From the NCBI GenBank assembly GCA_046153645.1, contig JBJXGI010000067.1, positions 1 to 30,483 of the forward strand: a stretch of 30,483 nucleotides of DNA. The letters are read 5' to 3'. The notes below the pieces were generated by a model, which had not been told where the DNA came from, did no database searches, and saw only the letters and a program-made list of their open reading frames with translations. This DNA comes from Elusimicrobiota bacterium (lineage in GTDB: Bacteria; Elusimicrobiota; Elusimicrobia; F11). The position numbers were made by a program, and so were the translations under genes. Numbering within the stretch: the first letter of the stretch is position 1; each line of letters starts with the position of its first letter. Of this stretch, positions 19,601 to 28,600 are shown piece after piece.

Positions 19601-22600
19601 GCTGCTACTGGTTTTGCTATTGGGTATTCGGTCCAATTGATTTCAAGTCTTCAAAATCAAAGTTTTAAAAGACTAACTTCTGCTTCTGGTTTTACAGAAT
19701 TCATGGTGAATGAATTTATAGGGAGTGCCTTATGGTCAGGAGTTAAGACTGCTGCTACTTTTGTGGCGGCTCTTAGCGTTCTTAAAGTATTTGGTCGATT
19801 TGCACCTGCTCCGGTTGCCGGCGCAAAAACTACCTCACAAGGTTGGGGTTCTGCAATCAAGGCAGAAGGTGCGTTACATGGAAGTAATGCTTTGGCCGGA
19901 GGGGCTGCTCTAGCTACTTATGGTGCTCTTAGTGGGCAATCTTCCGGAAGTATATGGACTTCTGCCAAACAGGGCGCTTTTTTTGGTCTTTTAATTGGAG
20001 GCATTGGGCATGCGGTGGCCACCACGTGGTCTAAAGCCTTTGGTAATTTAAAAGAAAGCGCTTTGGCCGGTGCTGCGGCCATTACCAAATTCCGTTTAGA
20101 AGCCGGTGTTACGGTCGCTGTGTGGGAAACCTTAATTGGTAAAGGGCTCGGTCTTAACCACTGGTTAGAAAAACAAGGGGAGAAATTAGGTTTTTGGAAA
20201 TCAGACCCTGATAAAGACAAATCGGCCTCTCAACTAAACAGTCAAGCGGCTCAAGAAAGAGCCAATATTGATAAAGAACTTTCTAGTATCGAAAGTGATC
20301 CTGATAAAACACCCGATCAAAAACAAGCCGAGAGCAAAGAAGTTTTAAAAGGTTATTCCAAAATTGTTGCTTTAGAAAAAAAGGCCGAACTAAAAACTCA
20401 GCATGAAACCACAGGTGCCACCGGTTTATTTAATGCCATTGGCCTTGGTGGAAAATCGGCCAAAATAGCAGGAGATTTTGTTGATACGACCGTTCAAATG
20501 TCTCTTATGGCGCCCGCTTTTGCTTTTGGACGTGTGGGGTTGTCACCGGCGGGGCAGGTAGGCCATTGGGCAAGGGGCCTTCAAAATATAGCTAATAAAT
20601 CTTTTGCTAATGGGCATAAGGTAACAGCTGTTTTAGCTTTCACGGGCAGTAAAGGACTGCAACACTTTGTGGCCATGCCGCTCACCTTTCAAGTGTTTGG
20701 TTGGGTTGAAAAAGGGGCTGTTGCCATTTCCGATGAAATCGGAATTGTCCAAGTTAAAAGAGAAAATGGAGTTCGCGTTTTAGAAGATGAAAAATTTGTC
20801 GCCGCTGAGGGAACAAACCAAGCCGCCATTGACCTTATTTCTACCGCGGGTTTCTTGTTTGCCCCTACCCACGCGCCGCAGTCTCGTTTTATGAAAGAGA
20901 TGTCGAAAATTTCTAGTCGATCAGATTTTTCTGTTGTTGATCTTTTGCCAGGTGTTCGAAATGTTCGTCAAACAGAAACCAGAAAAATTGCCGTCGATTT
21001 GATGGGTAAAGATGCCGCTTTTATGGAAAACTATTTCGGTGGGAAGTACAAAGTTTCAGTTGAAGAAGCGGGAATAGCTTCGCACATGTTAAAAAACTTT
21101 TATTATGGACAAGACAAAGGAAAAGTGGGTTCATCCTTCATTCCTCAAGAAACGTTTGATTTTTCAACTGGTGAAAAGGGGTTTGAAGGGCCAAAGTCAG
21201 ACGGTCTTATGATTGCTCGAAAAAATGGAGATATTGAAGCAACTCGTTTACCTGAACAGCAAAAGGCAGAAAAATCAAATAAGCCCGAATCCGCGCCAAA
21301 GGAATCCGAAATACCTGCCGAAAATAAAACACCAACGGGCGAAGAAAATACTAAGCAGCCAGAGGGAAAACAAGCTGAGGTAACAGATATATTTGATTTT
21401 TCTCCCACTGTAGAAGCTGCGAAAAATGAAGGGACTAAAAATAAAAAAGATGAAGAAGCACCAACGACGCCAGCGTCTTTAAAATCAGAAGAAAACCTTC
21501 AAATTGTTTTGTCAGCTCAGAGAGGGGAGACACAAGATGTTACTCCCGATCAAATTAAAGCGGCGCGTGACGCTTGGGGTTTAAAAGAAGGAGACGTTAT
21601 TCTCAGTTTTAGTGCCGCCGATAAATCAACCGCCATTGCTGTCCATTTGACATTCATGACAGACGGACAATTAACCAAATTTATTGATAACACGCTTCAA
21701 GGAAAAATGCCTGGAGATAAAGCGGATTTAGAAAAAGCGGCTCAACAAGCGGTTGGAATTTTGGCGCAGCGAAGCTCGTCATTTTTCGGAAGAACAGAAG
21801 CAGTTATTAATCGCATTACTGATTTTTCCGGATCAACGCACTTAGACGCCTTTACCCGTTTACAATTGGCAACTGGCGCCATTAAGGGCGAAACCATAGA
21901 CGGAGTGAGAGTATTAAAAGACGCAAATGTTAATCAATTGACGGAGGATTCTCGTTCCAGTCTTTTAGCCGTTGCGGGATATGAAGATGTTCAGTTATTT
22001 GATGTGGTTCTTGGTGATCAATTTAGTGTCATTATTGCAAAAGCAGAGAAAAGTTATGCTGTGGATGTCGTCACGAAAAATACTTCTCCTCGTTCGCCGC
22101 CCGTAAATAAAAGTGAAGCCAGTTCTAGAAATTCTAAAACCGCCGATACCGCCACAGCCGTCCTTGAAAAACCAACGCCCCTAGTTAAAACCAATGCCGA
22201 TCTTGTTGTCACTCTCATTGAAAAGGGGGTCCTCAAAAAAGATGATTTAAACACCGTCCTTACTTTTGAAGAAAATGGAAAATTAGGATCCGTACAAATT
22301 CTAAGCGACAAAGGCCGATCCGCCGTTCGTTTTGATGTGGGTAAAGATGCTAGCGAACCAGTGGTGACACAATTGGTTTCACGAAGAACGGTTTGGTCTT
22401 TGATGAATGAAATAAAAGCCCAAGATGGAAAGGCACATGTTTTCTTGGAATTTGTTGACCAATCAAACTTATTGAAGGGGGGAGTGCGTAACTTGCTTGA
22501 TCGGTTTTCTGGAAATCGCGATATTTTGGTTGAAAGGAATGCCGATGGAAAAATTTCTGATGTTGTCACTGCCGATGGGGCTTCTTATTCAAAACATTTA

Positions 22601-25600
22601 TTAAAAACAGAACAACTTTCACCGGCAGAATTAGAGGTCGCTGTTACTAAAGCAGAGTCTTCAGAAGGGGTTAAAAAAAGAGTTACTGATGTTTTTTCTC
22701 AAAAACAAGTTGATAAGAGTGTTTTAAGGCGCGCGGTTCGATTTGCCACTGGACTAGCAGGAAAAGTTGGAAAAGATAATGTTATTTTTTCTGTTGTTAA
22801 AGAATTAAGAAAATTAGATGGAACAGTCACGGCTCAAGAGAAAGGAGCAAGAGTTCGTGAGTTGGCTAAAACAGCTGAAACGCGTGAAGAAAAAGAACTT
22901 TTTAATGATTTGATTTCTCATGTTGATCAATTGGCTTGCGGCACTTGTATGGTGGGTTATGTTGAACCTGTTATGTTCGCCGATGCGATTGATAGAACGA
23001 TTGCACGTGCTCCCCGTCAATTTGGTGATACTGTTCGTGAAAGAATCGGCTTAGAGCGAGTGACAAACGTTCTTAATCAAGGATCGGTTGGTTTAGACCA
23101 GTTGTCATCGATGCGTAAACAATTGATAAATGACCCAAAAAGTGTTGCTCGCTTAGATCAATTGATTCAAATGGTTCAGAATTCTGCTGCGCCTGTGAGA
23201 GGAAGGGTCGATAGAATAGAAATGAGGCTCGATAACGCTCAAGCTCGTTATCAAGCGGCCCTCTTAAAATATAGTCAATCCGGTTTCTTTGGTGCCATTA
23301 TGGCGAAAGCAGGGTTGTTTTTGGCCAGAAGAAATTTATCAATCTTGTCAACAAGTCTGAAAGTTGAGTCCTACCGAAATGAAATTTCACAAATGAAAGC
23401 ACAGTTAAAGTCGAGCAAAGGTGAAGAAAAAGATCGACTTGAAAAACTGATTTCCTCTTTCGAAGGAAAAATAAGAAGTGTTGAAAGGGCTGCTTTCTGG
23501 GGCGATAGAAAATCTTTAGATAAAGCCGATGCCTTGTCAACTCAGTTAGAGGGCGCCAAACTTTATGTTAGTAACGTCGAATTTAGAGCCATGCTTAAAC
23601 TCGACTTCCAAAAAGATCGAGACCAGCTTAAAAATGAATCCCCTGCGCTATCTGTTCGTTATGAAAAAATACTCAAACTCCAAGAAGAAAACAATGATTC
23701 AACAAAACCTCAAACTGATTCTGCTAAAAATGAAAGATTTGAAAAAATTCATGAGGAAACAATGGAATTGCGAAAGGCTTTAGGAATGACGCCAGAGAAA
23801 TTGAGCGAAGTTAAATCTCTGATGTATAAAAAAGACACCGACCCTGCCGATTTCGAAAAAGCTGTGAGTTCCCTCTTTAATGGCAAAAAAATTGAAAACC
23901 TTAATGCGGCAGAGCGTTTTGTGATTGCGAATGTTTGGATGGGAGAGTTTTTTAAATTTAAAAGTGAGATTGATGAAAAGACGATTGATGAAAAACCGGG
24001 GAATGCTTTGGCTTCGGGAAAACGAATTGCCCTTCTCACAGAATTAATACAAGGGAAAGTTACGGGTCTTGAACCAGGAGGAGGCAAATCTGCAGTTTAT
24101 ATTGCGGCAGCGGCTATTTTTGCGATGAAAAAGGGAGGAGAGAATTTTGTTCAGGAACTGATGGTGTTTGAAGGGGCTGAAGCTGGGAAATATGTGACAG
24201 ATCTTGTGAAAGGCTCTGAGGGATACGGGCAGTTGTTTCGATCTTTTGGTTTAGAAGCGGTGGATGGAAGAAATTTAGCGGGGAACAACCTTGAAAAAGC
24301 GATGAAGGTTTATACGCCCAATGCTTCAGGGGGACGTAAAAAAGTTGTTGTCGCTGATTTGCACAGTCGAGGGTTTTTGGAACGTCAAATTCGAAACGAC
24401 TATACGTCTCGTGATTTAAAAGAGCTGATGAGTCAATATATTGAAGCCTTGTTCATTGATGAAGCGGACGGAATGTTTAACAAAATGTCTTTTATTACAA
24501 GCAAAGAAGGTTTGGTGGCCAGCAAAAAAGACATCAATACCGTTGAAAGAATTGTCAATGCCGTGAGTGATGTGATGAAACTTTCAAAAAAAGACGGTTC
24601 CATTGACTTCGATACCCCTGCAGCGCGTAAAAAACAATTTGAATGGGGTAAAGACAAAGCGGGATACCGCGTGTTCTATGAGGCTATTACAGAGGCTCAT
24701 AAAAGAGACGGAATGTGGTTTACCAAAGACGGTGAAAATATTGTGATGTCGGACGCATTTAAAGAGGCGGTTCGAGAAAAGTTAGGTGTAGGGAAAGACA
24801 AAATTTCTGATGGAGAAGTGGAACAGGTGTTAAGAGCGCTGACCGGGGTCGGACAATTAAGAGATATGAAAGATGGAGGAAGAGGGCGACGTGAAGTTTC
24901 ATTTGAAAACATTATCTCCAAAGAACCCAATGCGCCAAAAGAAAAATTTCATCAAGTCACACCAGTAAGTGGTGGGAAACCACAATTTGGAATGATTGAT
25001 GGCAGCATTGCGTTTGTTGTGGCAGCGAATCTTTTTAAACTTCGAGATAAAAATTATTCTCAAAGCGGCCTTAAAATAAATAAAGAGGCTATTAAAATTT
25101 CCGAATCCAGTTCTGCTGCGAACTTTGTCCAAATTGCCTCAAGAAGCATTTTTATTGCGGGAGCCACCGGAACTCCTGCGACCCTAAAATTTTTAAAAGA
25201 AATGTTGGGTTTTGAAATCAGTGATGTTTATGCGGGAAGTTTTAATCAGTACAGCGTAACTAATGTTGTTACTGGACTCAGTTCCATCAATGATATTTTT
25301 AATCAGTTCCAAATAAAAGACGCGACCAGGGGGCGGCATTTATACCCAGATGGAAAAGGCGCTGGTTTTAAAGAAATGGCACTCGGGCATTTAGAAGCCA
25401 AAAATGCTGTGAGTAAATATGAGGCCATTGCGGACATGATCGAGAGATCATTTGCAGAAGGAGAAAGTAAAGGCGAAGTGACAGGTGTCGGTATTATTTC
25501 TACTTTCGAGGCAGATTTAATTGGAGGCTTAAAAGCATATATTAAACGAATTGACACAGAGTTTTTTGACATTCTCGAAGCCAAATCTCAATCGATATCA

Positions 25601-28600
25601 GGGATTAAACCTTTTTTCGATTTATTGTCCGTTGAGGCTGGCAAAGTCAGCAATCCAAAGTTAGCTGATTTAGTCAAGATGCTTCATATTGTGCATGACG
25701 AAGTTAGTGCCAAAGATGCTGATGGAGTTTTGATTACAACCAGCGTGACAGGAGATAACCGTGGGCGAATTCTTTTAGGAACTCAAATTATGGAACGCGG
25801 CATCAACCTAAAAGATGGCCCCAAAAGTCGGTCTAATTTAATGGTTCTCGGATATGAAACAGTCACCGCTTCTAGTTTGCTGCAAGCGCTGAAAAGAACT
25901 CTTCGTAACCCCGAGGATTTAAAATCTCGTGTTGTGATTGTGTCAGATAGGAGTATTTTAGAGGCCCGTTTAGCAGATGCGAGAGGCAATGATGTCATGC
26001 TCACCCAAAAATATGGCCGAGCCAAAGGCGTTTTTGGAGAAGACAAATTAGGAGATAAAAATTTAAGCAAACTTCTTTATGAAGATGTGAAGAGTCTTTC
26101 CACGCACGAATTGGTTGTTTTGGTTTCCATGTATGAAGATTATGCGGAGTTAGGGCAAAAAGTCCGTTTTTATTCGAGAGAACAAGCCACCGCTAAATTG
26201 TTATTAGAACCAGTCGGTCAATACGCGATGATTGAACAGGCGCGCGGACGGTCTGCGGGTCTTAAATCTTTGGAGAAAATTAAATCAGATAATTTAAATT
26301 CCACTGATAAAACCAATGGCAACAGCGGTCTGGCAGCTAAGGACCCAAGAAAGCAAGCAGCTGATGATTTTAGGGAAGCCGCGCAAAATGCTTTTTCTGC
26401 CCTTTCACGTATTGCCGGTGACCGAAGTATTTCCAGAGATATTCGAGAAGATGCGCTGGCCAGAATGGTTGACATCACCTCCTCGTTATTTGGTGTCAAA
26501 GACGCCGCTGCTAATTTTGACCGAAAAACGGGGCTCTATTCTGGCGCTCGATTTGATTCACTTAGTTTTGCCGATGTTTCGAAATCTATGTCAGACCGCC
26601 CCGCTTCTCAAGTGCGGGACACCATGCTTCTTTTATCTAATTATTTACTTCCCACGTCCCAACGACAAAAAACGGCGGATGGTGTTAAAGATGCTCCTCA
26701 GCGCGTTTCAGTTTCTGCTGATGCCAGTTCTAAAACAGGCTTGGCAGAATTCGTTAAAACAGCCGATGGGAAAACAGATGATGGGCAAATAGATGCGGCA
26801 AAGTTTTTGGGCGATATTGCTGAAGGCAAAGCCAAATTTTCTGATTCAGACTCGAACGATTCTCGTTATGCCACAGTGGCGGAACAACAGGCTTATTCGG
26901 CTTACCAAGTCACGAAAGGGATGAGTGATGATGATCAAAAAAATCTCTTAACAGGTTTAGTGGGATTGGGTGCGTTGGATGCCAATGCATTAAAAGCGGT
27001 GGGAGATAAAAAGAAAGTGGCCTTGCAACTCATGGTGGCATGGAATTCTTTGGGTCTCTCACCTGAAGAATTTAATGCGCGCGCCCTGGTGGATGGAGCA
27101 AATAATTTATCTTCTCTTGTGCGAACTTCATTAGAACAGCGTAACCCTGCTCAAGGGGCCTTTAATACGAATGGGAATTTCTTTACCAATGATTTAATTT
27201 CGCTGAAAGAATTACAAGGTATGCTTGTTCAATTAACGATGGCTTCAGATTCTGCTGATGCGGCTTCTCTAAAAGCGCAGGATGGGACAATTCTTATAAC
27301 GCAGCGCAAAGAAATTTTGGCCGATGCGACATTACGAATAAACGGAATCGATACCACCACTCCTGATGGGCGCAGAAAAGCCTCTCTCACTCCTTTAACT
27401 CAATATGCTTTGACCATTTACAACGCCGCGCAAAAAGGAAAAGCCATTGAAGCGGCGCAGTCCCCCTTAAATCAATTGTCGGGTGGTAGTGTGATTGTCC
27501 AGGGTTTTTATATGGCCAAATTGATCGCTGGTGCTCTTTATAATATGGCCTTTAACCCCGCCCGAAAAGTAAAGGCACTCAATAAACTTTCTTTAAGAGC
27601 TTTAAGCCCCACTTTTATGACTACAACCGATCAAGGCCGCGCCATTAACTATCAATCGGCGATGGCGGTCTTTTCTTTGGTTGGGAATGTCACCGGCAAA
27701 ACGAGAGAAGCTGTTCGAGGGTTAATGGATAAACTAACCCTCATAGATGATGCTTCGAATCTTGACCCGAATGAGCAAAAAATACCCTTTGTCGATAATG
27801 CAATCAATTCAGGAACGGTTGAAGATTTGGTTAATTCCGCAACATCGAGCAACGATGTGACTCAACAAGTAAAAACCTATCTTAAACGCGGTCTTCAACA
27901 ACAAACAGAATTTACAAAAAGGGTTCCTGCAACGCTTAAGAAAGTTTTAGGTATTTCAACAGCCATCGTACCTTTACTGGCGGTTCAACTTCTAACTGGA
28001 TTAGGAAGTGTTGCAGGATTGGCATTACCCTATATATTGGTTCCGCTCATCGCTTTTTTTGCTGTGGCAAAATTCCTTTCCTTTAATAGTGTTCCTCAAG
28101 AAAAACCAAAAGATGAGGGAAAGAAAAGTTTGAGAGAAAAAGCCTTAGGCGGCATGATGTCAAGCTTGACCGCTGGAAACACGGCTGGACAATCAACAGG
28201 AAAGCTTCTCATGGGTTTGGCGCTTCCCATAACTATTGCAGCCGTGTTCTTTGGAGCTTGGGCTGTGGTTGCTGCGGTGGCTGTTGGGGTGGCTGGTTTG
28301 GCCGCTAATTTTACGGCTCTTTACGTGAAAAATGGAGAAGTGAGAAAGCCTATTCTTGGAAAACTTTTATCCATTGGTTTCTTGGGTGTATTTTTAAATA
28401 CCAATTTCGAGCCAACTCAAATTTCACGAGGATTAGGAGTTATAAATAGACTAGAAGGAGATACCACCAGGGGAGATCCTCAGAAAAAAGCAGCTCTTGA
28501 TAAAGCCAATGCTGAGCTTCAAGAAATTCAAAACGAATTTCAAAAACCAGATCCAAGTCAACCTCAAAATCAACAAAATTCGATGGGTAAGTTGATGCAG

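Noticed and set aside
23900..25950. Calling this a housekeeping secA or a DEAD-box RNA helicase gene
   Set aside because: It is an internal domain of a giant ORF. It lacks the RNA-helicase PTRELA, SAT and HRIGR motifs and is too divergent for canonical SecA.
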